The position numbers and the translations under genes were made by a program. DNA of 64,000 nucleotides, from positions 32,001-96,000 of the IMG/VR virus record IMGVR_UViG_3300028887_000070. One strand, 5' to 3'. The notes beneath the pieces were generated by a model. That model was not told where the DNA came from. It did not search any database and worked only from the letters and a program-made list of their open reading frames with translations. Below, in pieces: positions 47,692 to 57,072 of this stretch. The stretch's first letter is position 1. Each line of letters begins with the position of its first letter. Source of the stretch: a virus. Its lineage: Duplodnaviria; Caudoviricetes.

Positions 47692-47786
47692 AATTCTACC
47701 TCCTTACGGTACTATAGTATGTAAGTCTAACCATTATTGACTGGTTGAACAATTAAGTAATGAATTTGAAACAAGGAGGTCTATAC

Positions 47787-49001
47787 ATGGCTGTCAAACG
47801 TGTCGCTAAGGAGATCACTAAGAAGGAAGATCTCGATGAGATACTGAATCTGAGTGATCATGATTGTCTGAAGTTATCTATAGCAATGGAGTACTTCGGA
47901 GAGTTCAACGGTAAGGTAAGATTCCACCCATACGATTGGTTCAAGGTTCCGAAGGGAACTTTCCATAACAACAAGAACGTATTCACTACTACTATCGGAG
48001 CTTGGCTCTTCAATAAGGGATGTCTATCATGGAGTGGAGTGTTCGAAGAATCTGGATACATCAATGTACCTGTAACAAAGAAGGTCATTAAGGGCCTTCT
48101 AACAAAACTCTCTTATGCTATACTGGAAGAGAGACTCACTGTTCCTCAATATAAGAGAATGATTGATGCTATGCAGAAGATGATGCCATACAGTACCATC
48201 ATCTGTCCTACTACATCAGAGGCAATGCTTACTATCGGTAAAACTATAGAGCCTAAGAAGAAAGAGCTCTTCAAGAAGTACGAGAAAGAACTCGCTGCTG
48301 GAGATGCTCTTACAATGAACAAGATTGAGAAAGAGCTGCTTGACTACTGTAAAGAGAAGCTTGATGGTGATCCTTGTATGGATGGTATCAACTCTGGTGC
48401 TGGTGCAGACTGGGGTAACAACTTCAAGAACATGTATGTCATCAAGGGAGCTCAGAAAGATGCAGACCCTACTAAGGGCTACAACCTTATCACTTCTAAC
48501 TATATGGAAGGTGTAAGTAAGGAAGACTATTCTGCTATGGCTAACTCTCTTGCAGCAGGTCCTTATGCTCGTGCAAAGAATACAGCTGCAGGAGGCTACT
48601 CTGAGAAGCTCTTCTTGGGTGCAACCCAGCACGTCGTACTTGACGAGAAAGGCTCAGATTGCGGTACCACGAGGACTATCCAGATAACCCTCGATAATAC
48701 ACGTATGAGAATGATGATGTACTCATACATCGTAGAGGGGAGCAAACTGGTTCGTCTCGATAGTACTAATATGGATAAGTATAGAGGTAAGACTGTAAAG
48801 ATGAGATTCGCTTCTATGTGTAAGGGTAAGAAGATCTGTAACAAGTGTGCTGGAGATCTCTTCTACTTACTTGGAGTAAAGAATGTCGGTACAGCATCTC
48901 CTCAGCTCGCATCATGTGTAAAGCTGATATCAATGAAAGCTTTCCATGACTCTACAGATAAGTATATCAAGATGGATCCAGGTGAAGCATTCGGAACATA
49001 A
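47787..49001 (+). CDS. rpoC: RNA polymerase beta' middle/C fragment (probably virion RNAP)
   Basis: TTIG..LFN, SGAG, bridge-helix NTAAGGY..K, DCGT, RFASMC...ICNKCAG, trigger-loop MKAFH; late promoter 47748-47759. Confidence 0.88.
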   Translation: MAVKRVAKEITKKEDLDEILNLSDHDCLKLSIAMEYFGEFNGKVRFHPYDWFKVPKGTFHNNKNVFTTTIGAWLFNKGCLSWSGVFEESGYINVPVTKKVIKGLLTKLSYAILEERLTVPQYKRMIDAMQKMMPYSTIICPTTSEAMLTIGKTIEPKKKELFKKYEKELAAGDALTMNKIEKELLDYCKEKLDGDPCMDGINSGAGADWGNNFKNMYVIKGAQKDADPTKGYNLITSNYMEGVSKEDYSAMANSLAAGPYARAKNTAAGGYSEKLFLGATQHVVLDEKGSDCGTTRTIQITLDNTRMRMMMYSYIVEGSKLVRLDSTNMDKYRGKTVKMRFASMCKGKKICNKCAGDLFYLLGVKNVGTASPQLASCVKLISMKAFHDSTDKYIKMDPGEAFGT

Positions 49002-49119
49002 GATAATGTCGGTGGGAGCAATCCCACCGACTATCTGTTATCGTTAAACTGAAGGTTGGTTGCATATCATTAAGGTATACAAAGCCAAACGGATCTGTTT
49101 GGTAGAAGGAGGACTTTAT

Positions 49120-49440
49120 ATGATAAAAGCACCAAAATATGTAAAAGAGCTGTATGATGTACTCAAGGCTTATACAGCTAATGATGATGAAACTGTATAT
49201 AGTTTCATCGCCGAACACGGCGGAATGATAATAGAGACCTGGCGCACGATGTATCAGGTTTATATCATAGTGTCAGAGAACCCAAGAATTAAGAATGACT
49301 CATTCATGAGCAGGCTCTCCGATTTCGAAGAAGAAATCGAATGCTTATCTGAGGATGAGCCAGAGGAAGAAAAGCTGATAAGGAAGGAAGTAAAGAAGTT
49401 TATCTCCTTCTTAGAGGAAAATTACAGGGGACTCGTATGA
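49120..49440 (+). CDS. Small early hypothetical protein
   Basis: AAGGAGG RBS; TGCATATCAT promoter 49061-49070. Confidence 0.7.
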   Translation: MIKAPKYVKELYDVLKAYTANDDETVYSFIAEHGGMIIETWRTMYQVYIIVSENPRIKNDSFMSRLSDFEEEIECLSEDEPEEEKLIRKEVKKFISFLEENYRGLV

Positions 49441-49477
49441 GTCCCCTGTTTCTCTCTTCCACTACAACTTTCTTTTT

Positions 49478-50521
49478 TTAGAAGTATAAGTAGTAGGAGA
49501 TTTCAATTCCCTTAGAAGTGTCAGAGAGGGATTCATTAGGGAAGTTGAACTTGGTGAATGGTCTGATGTCCTGATAGAACTTCTTGTAGTCTGCATCTCC
49601 CGAAGCATCCTTACCAAGATATGGTACTGCTGTACAAAGTGAGATGCTGTTGATTCTAGCAGAACTTAGAGCATCAAGGTTCTTGAAGTACTCTCTACAA
49701 TCTGATGCAGAGATAGTCATATGAAGTTCTACTACCACATCAGCATCAGAGATCTTATCGCTTCTGAAGATATCTGTAGCAGAGTCAATGATGCCAGAAC
49801 CATCTGCCCATCTATAGTGAATGATTGGGTTTGTATCGAAAGCCTTGAAGAAGTACGATATCAACTGATTAGGTGATGTACCTGTAGTACAACGACCGAA
49901 GTAGATTCCTCTATCTGTAGCTCCAAGGTCACTGTTGGCTGCCTTTACTTTAAACGGTACGAGACAGTTGTCTACTGCTTCATCATTGATCATGCCAGGA
50001 TCATCGATGATAGTGTAGTTAGTATATCCATATGGAGCAATCCACTTGGTATTAGACACTCTGAATACTCTTGAGTTATCTATACCACATCCGTCAAAAC
50101 CAACAGCGAAGAGACAGATTCTCTTAGTGAAGTATTCATATACTGTCTTGAGTGCATCTGATGCATTGGCATATACTGTACCAGAGTCTCCACCGAATAC
50201 ACTAAGAGGATTAGTTGTGTCTGATGAACCCATGAGTCTCTTATCATTAGGCTCATTGAATGCTGTATGATATGTACTGAAAGCATAGTCATAGCTCTTT
50301 ATGCCAGCGAACTGTTCATCATACGATGTGGGGTCGAATGTAGGATCGAAGAGTATAGCCTTCTTAGCAGCTATCTCTGATCCTGAGACGAGTACCTTGT
50401 TTGATCCTCTGAAGAGAATCTTACCAGTACCAGTTTCTTTAAGTATAATGTCTGTACCCTTGATTGCAGCAGCATCACTTGTCTTATGTTCTACATCAAA
50501 GGCGTGTATCTGTTTATTCAT
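49478..50521 (-). CDS. Baseplate/virion structural protein
   Basis: N-terminal G.....N.VL.SG motif and C-terminal K.IEI.Y.LYF; co-transcribed with 50534-53818. Confidence 0.6.
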   Translation of the reverse strand: MNKQIHAFDVEHKTSDAAAIKGTDIILKETGTGKILFRGSNKVLVSGSEIAAKKAILFDPTFDPTSYDEQFAGIKSYDYAFSTYHTAFNEPNDKRLMGSSDTTNPLSVFGGDSGTVYANASDALKTVYEYFTKRICLFAVGFDGCGIDNSRVFRVSNTKWIAPYGYTNYTIIDDPGMINDEAVDNCLVPFKVKAANSDLGATDRGIYFGRCTTGTSPNQLISYFFKAFDTNPIIHYRWADGSGIIDSATDIFRSDKISDADVVVELHMTISASDCREYFKNLDALSSARINSISLCTAVPYLGKDASGDADYKKFYQDIRPFTKFNFPNESLSDTSKGIEISYYLYF

Positions 50522-50533
50522 TAGTATACCTCC

Positions 50534-53500
50534 TTATACGATTGTACGGTAACAGTCTGGAATCTCACACTCTATTACTACATCTGCCATGAAGCATGTA
50601 GCATCTATCATTGTACATGGATAGCCCTGAATCTCTTCAGGGAGTCTAATCTTGTTGTAGTTAGAGATATAGCGGATGAGACGAACTTCGCCATTCTCAA
50701 TAGCATAGATGAAGTCAAGCTCTGTAGTCTGATAGTATGAGTACTTACGGAAGAATTTAACTCTCTCTGTAATGTCAACCTTGTCTCTAAAGCCAAAGGT
50801 AGACTTCAATACAGGAGTGTCATATGTCGAACACTTCTCGAAGAAGAAGTGTGCTCCATTCTTGTTAAGGTTATCGAGTATGTGTACTCGGTTACCTGTA
50901 GTATCTGAATCATCATCTATAGAGAATACAGATGATGTATCAATGAGTTGTGTCTTCCAAGACTTGAAGAAGTTGATTATCTTAACAATCCAGTCTCTTA
51001 CATACTCTTGGTTATGTGAAGGGATAAGATTGTAGAGGTATACCCACTCACTAGAGTCAAAGTATGCCTCAAGCGCATAGACAACATACTCGCACACTTG
51101 GTTAATGTAAGTACGTCTGTCATCTATAGAACTATAGTTTCTAGCAGTATTGAGTATATCTGCAAGATGAGCATCACGATCACTGAGGAACTCATAGTAA
51201 GTCTCAGCTACATGAGGAGTACCCTCTTCATCTACAGTAAAGAAAGTGAAGTCATTCTGAGTCTCCATGAATGACTCATAGAGTATTCTATAGACATCGT
51301 ATTCTTTCTTAGACTCAGCATGCTTCATCATGTATACAAGATGCTCACGGAGCTTTACATTAGTATAGTAGATCTCCTTAAGCTTCTCGAATGTCTGAAT
51401 GGTCTGAATAGCTGTAGGATCTTCATCATTCGTATGGTAAGCATTCATGAAGTCAGCTTCAGTGTTTCTAACAAACTCGTACGGATGATAAGAGATATCA
51501 ACGATATGACCAAATCTAGTGGTGTCTTCTATAGGGAAGACATCTTCTGGATCGTACTTTCCAGCTACTACAGCATTGTGTACGCTTGTAGGATGAGCTT
51601 TACTCCAAAGTCCTTCAGCAGTAGCATCATCGTGTACCTTAAAGTAAGCTTTCTTCTTGATGATTCCTCCATCAAGGTATGATATCTCATAGAATCCCTC
51701 AAAGAAGTCATCTATCTTGTGGTTCTTAAGGTCTTGGAAGATTCTACTTCCTGGATCTATAGCATTAGGTTCGTATCGACCACAGAGGAATGCATTCTCT
51801 CTGATCTTTACTCCCTCTTCTACATACTCAAAGAACTGTTCAGGGTTCTCTAGTACGTCATCAAGATATACTTTCTCTCCAGTACCAGGCTGAGTGTAGT
51901 TGGAATAGGTATTGAAGAGGTCTATGATTCTATCATATACTTGACTCCAGTCTTGAGAGAAGTCAAAGCCATTGATAGTCATGTTAGCTTCCATAGAGCT
52001 AGCTATATTGTCTGCCTCTACTCCATTGTATAGATAGCTCAGAGCTATCATAAGTGCCAAGAGATCATTCAATCTTACTTGGTTAGGTGAGATGAATGTA
52101 TCTATGTTTACCATAAGAGCATCTGTAGCTCTAAGGATCTCATCACTATTAGTCATAGCATCAAAGACCATATTCATGAAGTACATAGTCTGATAGAGAT
52201 ACTTTGTACTATCTATAGCAGAGTCTACACAGATATACTTAGTCCTCTCACAAGAGAAGTCTTGAGTAAGAATTTCATTGGTCTTACGTTGATGATAGTT
52301 ATCCCTCTCAGTTTCAGACATAATCTCATCTCTAGAGAGTCCATCCCAGAAGGGATCTTCTCTAGTAATAGTATCATATGACCTACGGAGAGAAGCATTC
52401 TCTATATACTTATCAGCATTCTGATCTTCTATAGGAACTCTTAAGAAGGCTAGATCATAGTTTTCATAATACTTCTCAAGTCCTATCATGTCTTCAGTGA
52501 CTGGTATGTTACTACCAGGACATATTGGTTGTCCTATGTCATCTTCAGTATAGTACTTGAAGTTGGCTCTGTCTTTCTTTTTAGTCTTCAGAATCCAGTA
52601 TGTAAAGATCTCTATGTCATCTCTGCCAAAGAGGTTCTTGATATCCATGATGTTTTTGTTAGTACTCTTATACTTCAGAATCTCATTGATGTTCTTTATT
52701 AGCTTGATCTGATAGTTCATAGGGATCTCTTTATAGTACTCAATACCATAAGACTCAAAGAGGTAACGAATAGTACGTGAATCGAAGATGTCCTTATTGA
52801 TGATATATTCCTGTACTTCAGCGATGAGATCTATCATCGTCTGTATGAGAAGGAAGATGATAAGAACGTCTTCATAGTGCTCACTACCAACAGCATAAGC
52901 ATCACTATACATAGTAGTGATAGTGTACTCTCTGTTACGGTCAAAGTAACGGAGGAACTTATAGTAGATAGGGAACTCTGTATTGGTAGCTCCGAACTTA
53001 AGTGTAGGCTTAGGACAATACAGAAGTGAGAAGTCTGGTGCTATACGAGCTGTATAAGGATCGATAGCTTTCTCTCTAAGGTGATAAAGATACTTAAAGT
53101 CAGGACCAGTATAGTCCTGCTTCATGATGTCGAGTATGTTTATATTACGTCTAGAGTTCTCACCAATCTCTGAGACATCTCTATAGATCTCCCAGGCTTG
53201 GTTATCTGCAGGATCCAGATCAGGGTCTAACCAGTCAAGAATCTTTCTGGCTAATTCACCATCAGGTCCTTCAGCATTGTAATCCTTCTGGATCTCATGT
53301 ATGTACTGATACTTGTTTACCACATCAGGATCATAATCTCCAGTATCAGGATCATAGTATCCAATACCTACATTGTTAAAGACAGTAAGGTTTGCTTCTC
53401 TAGTTATGTAGCCTTCATCCTTATATCTTTGGAGAGGTACATACTTAGTAGCATTCAGCTCTTGCATGAGAGCATCGTATTCATCTGCAGAGATAACGCC

Positions 53501-53818
53501 ATGATAGTCATGAGTGGTTATCCATTCTTTTACCTCTGCTGTTTCAGGGTATGGCTGTTGGCCATTAAGCTGTCTATAGTAGTTGTTCAGCTCATCATAA
53601 GCTTCTTCGAGATAGTCTGACTCTTTGATAAGACCAGCCTTGTATCGAATCAGCTCATCAGAGTTTCTACGAGACTCAAGTGTCTCATGTTTGAGAGCAT
53701 CTCGTTCATTCTTGACTACGGAGTTGATAGCCATGTTCTTGGTATCTCTGACAACAAGGTCGATATAGGGGTTATCAGTAAACTTCATGTCATACTGAAA
53801 CGAGTAATGTCCGCCCAT
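50534..53818 (-). CDS. Large baseplate wedge-like virion protein with C-terminal BspA-cap-like segment
   Basis: ELNNYYRQLNG, LIKNINEILKYKST, DPFW, IINFFKSW; late promoter 53849-53860. Confidence 0.65.
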   Translation of the reverse strand: MGGHYSFQYDMKFTDNPYIDLVVRDTKNMAINSVVKNERDALKHETLESRRNSDELIRYKAGLIKESDYLEEAYDELNNYYRQLNGQQPYPETAEVKEWITTHDYHGVISADEYDALMQELNATKYVPLQRYKDEGYITREANLTVFNNVGIGYYDPDTGDYDPDVVNKYQYIHEIQKDYNAEGPDGELARKILDWLDPDLDPADNQAWEIYRDVSEIGENSRRNINILDIMKQDYTGPDFKYLYHLREKAIDPYTARIAPDFSLLYCPKPTLKFGATNTEFPIYYKFLRYFDRNREYTITTMYSDAYAVGSEHYEDVLIIFLLIQTMIDLIAEVQEYIINKDIFDSRTIRYLFESYGIEYYKEIPMNYQIKLIKNINEILKYKSTNKNIMDIKNLFGRDDIEIFTYWILKTKKKDRANFKYYTEDDIGQPICPGSNIPVTEDMIGLEKYYENYDLAFLRVPIEDQNADKYIENASLRRSYDTITREDPFWDGLSRDEIMSETERDNYHQRKTNEILTQDFSCERTKYICVDSAIDSTKYLYQTMYFMNMVFDAMTNSDEILRATDALMVNIDTFISPNQVRLNDLLALMIALSYLYNGVEADNIASSMEANMTINGFDFSQDWSQVYDRIIDLFNTYSNYTQPGTGEKVYLDDVLENPEQFFEYVEEGVKIRENAFLCGRYEPNAIDPGSRIFQDLKNHKIDDFFEGFYEISYLDGGIIKKKAYFKVHDDATAEGLWSKAHPTSVHNAVVAGKYDPEDVFPIEDTTRFGHIVDISYHPYEFVRNTEADFMNAYHTNDEDPTAIQTIQTFEKLKEIYYTNVKLREHLVYMMKHAESKKEYDVYRILYESFMETQNDFTFFTVDEEGTPHVAETYYEFLSDRDAHLADILNTARNYSSIDDRRTYINQVCEYVVYALEAYFDSSEWVYLYNLIPSHNQEYVRDWIVKIINFFKSWKTQLIDTSSVFSIDDDSDTTGNRVHILDNLNKNGAHFFFEKCSTYDTPVLKSTFGFRDKVDITERVKFFRKYSYYQTTELDFIYAIENGEVRLIRYISNYNKIRLPEEIQGYPCTMIDATCFMADVVIECEIPDCYRTIV

Positions 53819-53923
53819 AGCAGTGCACTCCTTTCTCTAGTTTGATTTTACTGAGATGTTGAGGGTAGCGCGAATGACGCAAATGGAGGGATGCCTAGTG
53901 CATCCCTCTCACTTGTTCCTATC

Positions 53924-54388
53924 CTATATACCTGTTTGACCATTGTGCTCCATAACGAAGTTGGTCACTCTAAAGTATACTCTCTTAGCTATGATATCGG
54001 TAATAGCCTCTTCATTGTAGAGGATACATAGCTGTTCATAGAGAGCTTCTGAAAGTCTTTGCGATACAAGAGTACAGATGTCCTTGTTGATCTGTATCTC
54101 TTCCTCTTCTTTGATATAATAGTCACTCTTGTAAGCAATATTGAGGATAGTGAACTCCTCAAAACATTGCTCTACTACAAGATCAAGCTTCTCATCTATC
54201 TTGTTATCGATGTCGATTGTGGTGATATGCTTGTATCTTTCAAGTGCTATCTGACTATCCTTGCTTTTAGCCCATGCTAGTAATGCTTTCTTCACTATAC
54301 TCCTGAATGACAGGAGGTAGATCATACTAAAAACAATAAGGACTTTGAGCAGGAAGTGTAGTGATATGGCTGGCATAAGTTCTTTCAC
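53924..54388 (-). CDS. Membrane protein, hypothetical
   Basis: N-terminal hydrophobic segment; start uncertain. Confidence 0.65.
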   Translation of the reverse strand: MKELMPAISLHFLLKVLIVFSMIYLLSFRSIVKKALLAWAKSKDSQIALERYKHITTIDIDNKIDEKLDLVVEQCFEEFTILNIAYKSDYYIKEEEEIQINKDICTLVSQRLSEALYEQLCILYNEEAITDIIAKRVYFRVTNFVMEHNGQTGI

Positions 54389-55052
54389 TCCAATTCTTTA
54401 CTTCTTCAGCTACTTCGAGAAGACCATCGTCTACCGAGTCTCCCTCTTCGTAAGCTGTACGTATATAATAGAGCACCTTAGTACAGATGTCTGGAGTTAT
54501 GCCATTATAGTATCTCTTGAAGAGTTCTGTCCACTTTCCAAACACCTGGTTGGGGTGAGTATAAAAGTTATCAGCGTTATGATAGAGCTGATGCACTGTC
54601 TTACTCATCATAACTATTGGTACCATGTTGTTTGCATGAGCGAATCTGAGCTCTGCTACTACGTGAGGTACCGATACGTAACCATAGGTATTAAGAAAGT
54701 GTTCGGTGATCATAACTGTAATGTCAAAGATTGTAAGAATACAGTGGTTCATCTCCAACGTAGCCATGTTCGAATCGATATTGTGCAGTACTTGACAGTG
54801 GTCAAGACCCATCTCCATCAAGTATGCTTTATAGTTCTTATAGAATCTAAGGCCTCTGAAGAGATTGATAACACTATGTATGAATCTGTTATAGAGGTCT
54901 ACGTCAACCATTGAGTCTTTAGTCTGCATCATAGGGAGTTCATATGGTGAGCTAGGAGAACACAACGTAGGGTTGCCGTTATTAAGGTATGCTGTTACAT
55001 CAGGGAATGGCTGTCCATTGCCCATATAAGTGAGGTCTAATGTCTCATTCAT
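54327..55052 (-). CDS. Conserved jumbo-phage protein with HNH-like His/Cys pattern
   Basis: CQV..NID...LEMNH...H...V..V..S.T.HQLYH; late promoter 55078-55089. Confidence 0.55.
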   Translation of the reverse strand: MNETLDLTYMGNGQPFPDVTAYLNNGNPTLCSPSSPYELPMMQTKDSMVDVDLYNRFIHSVINLFRGLRFYKNYKAYLMEMGLDHCQVLHNIDSNMATLEMNHCILTIFDITVMITEHFLNTYGYVSVPHVVAELRFAHANNMVPIVMMSKTVHQLYHNADNFYTHPNQVFGKWTELFKRYYNGITPDICTKVLYYIRTAYEEGDSVDDGLLEVAEEVKNWSERTYASHITTLPAQSPYCF

Positions 55053-55094
55053 ATCTATGCCTCCTTTAAGCACGTATTATAAGATAGTTTGAGG

Positions 55095-55305
55095 CAAAAG
55101 AGAGGAGGAGGCCTGTTAAGCCTCCTCAAAGGGGGTGAAGGGTTCGGTAGAGCCAAATCAAGCACCACTTGAAGATTGGATGTCGCTACGCCAAACGACA
55201 ACCGAGGGCTCAATAGGCAATACATGATTGAACCGATAGCTAGAAATGAGTAAATGAATGTGTTAAATAATCCGATAGCGGGACGAATCCGTCAACATCC
55301 CGCTC
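55095..55305 (-). ncRNA. Stand-alone late small RNA (~210 nt)
   Basis: AACA-CTATAG-TG promoter (55305-55316), 5' stem agcggga/tcccgct, internal stems, terminator gaggaggc/gcctcctc + U-tract; no RBS-led ORF seen. Confidence 0.6.
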
Positions 55306-55333
55306 ACTATAGTGTTGTGAGTGGTGTAAAGTA

Positions 55334-55777
55334 CTACTCAGATTCCTTAACACTTGTCTTCTTTACGTCAATGATAGCGAGTAATTCCTCTGATGATACA
55401 GCAATATCGCTATTGAGAGGTCTGACGTAGATAGAATGAATCTTTCTAAAGTCTTGTAGCGCCTTGAACACGTCCTTATCGAACTCACAATGAAGTCCGA
55501 TGTTATACCCCTTAATGAACATGAACAATCTCACTATTCCCCACAAATCATCCCTAAAGAATGACAGACTTGCTTGCTTATCAATGATGATCTTTTGAAG
55601 TTGGGGAGTAGATTTGGCTTTGAAGTAGCGTTCCATCAGCTTAACACAAATGTCATGCTGATCTTCATATGAGTCAAAACCGTGTGTTGGTATATACCCC
55701 ATGCGCTTCATACAGAAACGGATAAAGGAATCCTTACCGTTCTTGTCAATGAAGCTATGAGCCTTATTGATAGACAT
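55334..55777 (-). CDS. Hypothetical protein with degenerate peptidoglycan-binding-like C-terminal domain
   Basis: KGYNIG...EFD....KALQDFRKIHSI resembles PG_binding_1; late promoter 55802-55813. Confidence 0.5.
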   Translation of the reverse strand: MSINKAHSFIDKNGKDSFIRFCMKRMGYIPTHGFDSYEDQHDICVKLMERYFKAKSTPQLQKIIIDKQASLSFFRDDLWGIVRLFMFIKGYNIGLHCEFDKDVFKALQDFRKIHSIYVRPLNSDIAVSSEELLAIIDVKKTSVKESE

Positions 55778-55873
55778 AAACAGTCCCTCCTTTAAAGTGA
55801 TTATAGAATGGTTACGGAGGGAGTAATGAGCAGCAATGACAGAGGGAGGCTATTGCCCCCCTCCGTATATATG

Positions 55874-57001
55874 TCACTTGATGTCAGATACTGAGATCCA
55901 ACCAGTTACATAATTGCCGATAGGTGTTTTGCCTACGTTGCTAAGAGTATTGGTGATTCTGATGCGTCCGTTAAGTACTTTGCTGTCATAGAGATAGAAA
56001 GTACCAGACTTCTTACCAGAAGGATTCTTAGCAGTAGACGATGTGTAGAGATCAGCACTGGAAAGATTAACTTTCTGACCTGCTGCTATAGTAAGTGCTG
56101 ATGATGCAGTCTCTTCCTTCTTAGCTTCCTGGACAGGAGCTGTTGCAGATGTAGGAGCAACTATCCAACCAGTAACGTAGTTACCAATAGGAGTCTTTCC
56201 TATATTAGCTTCCGAGTTGGTGATACGAATACGTCCGTTGACTACCTTATCATCATACTTGTAGAATGTTCCAGTCTTGGTGCCAGAAGCATTCTTAGCA
56301 GTAGACGATGTGTAGAGAGGAGTATTGTTGAGCTGGAGAAGATTCGGGTTGGTTGTAGGTGTCTGAGTAGGCTGCTGAACAGTCTTAGGCTCTTCCTTAG
56401 GCTGCTCTACTACAGGCTTAGCACCCTTGATCTTTGCAGGGTAGTCTACATAGCAGTAGTCTCCATCAACTTCTCCTACGATTCCAGGAATCCTGAGAGT
56501 CCAGCTATACTGCCATATAGTATGACCAGTATAAGGAGTCTTGTTTACTCCTACATGAGCGATCCAGACATCGTATGTGTTCTTGATCTGGGTGGATATT
56601 ACCTTGGACATGTCGTAGAATGTGTAGAGACCTACGTAATATCCTGCAGCTTTAACCTTTTCAAGGAATGCAGGAATGATCTCATTCACAATGCCTCTCT
56701 GTTTTCCTTCCTCTACGTCGTAGAAGAGAGGGTAGTCGAATGTCTTACCCTTTATAGCCTGAAGGAAACAGTCAGCTTCTATGCGAGCCTCTGCAGCAGA
56801 CATAGCATAAGAATACCAGTAAGTACCAACCATGAGTCCAGCAGCTTTAGCACCAGCATAGTACTCTTCGAACTTCCTGTCCTTTTGTGAGATAAGTCTA
56901 CCATATCCAGCGCGTATGATGACAAAGTCAATACCAGACTGCTTTACAGCATTCCAGTTTACATTGCCCTGGAAGTATGAGACGTCTATACCTCTGTACA
57001 T
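55874..57001 (-). CDS. Endolysin, GH25 muramidase with two C-terminal cell-wall-binding repeats
   Basis: GIDVSYFQG, FVIIRAGYG, FYDVE, WIAH, WQYS, GEVDGD; two LYTSSTAKN...NGRIRITN...GNYVTGWI repeats. Confidence 0.95.
   Translation of the reverse strand: MYRGIDVSYFQGNVNWNAVKQSGIDFVIIRAGYGRLISQKDRKFEEYYAGAKAAGLMVGTYWYSYAMSAAEARIEADCFLQAIKGKTFDYPLFYDVEEGKQRGIVNEIIPAFLEKVKAAGYYVGLYTFYDMSKVISTQIKNTYDVWIAHVGVNKTPYTGHTIWQYSWTLRIPGIVGEVDGDYCYVDYPAKIKGAKPVVEQPKEEPKTVQQPTQTPTTNPNLLQLNNTPLYTSSTAKNASGTKTGTFYKYDDKVVNGRIRITNSEANIGKTPIGNYVTGWIVAPTSATAPVQEAKKEETASSALTIAAGQKVNLSSADLYTSSTAKNPSGKKSGTFYLYDSKVLNGRIRITNTLSNVGKTPIGNYVTGWISVSDIK
55890..56330 (-). repeat. Duplicated cell-wall-binding domain in endolysin
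   Basis: 28-nt identical block attcttagcagtagacgatgtgtagaga at 56024-56051 and 56291-56318. Confidence 0.85.
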
Positions 57002-57072
57002 AGTGTAACCTCCTTTGCGGTTAATATTATATGAATGTTTAGGGGCCTACATTGTAGACCCCTAAATATCGC

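Noticed and set aside
45561-49001. Group I introns or inteins in RNAP or terminase genes, as in AR9
   Set aside because: The ORFs are continuous with expected motif spacing and show no intein C1/HN-C or homing endonuclease motifs.
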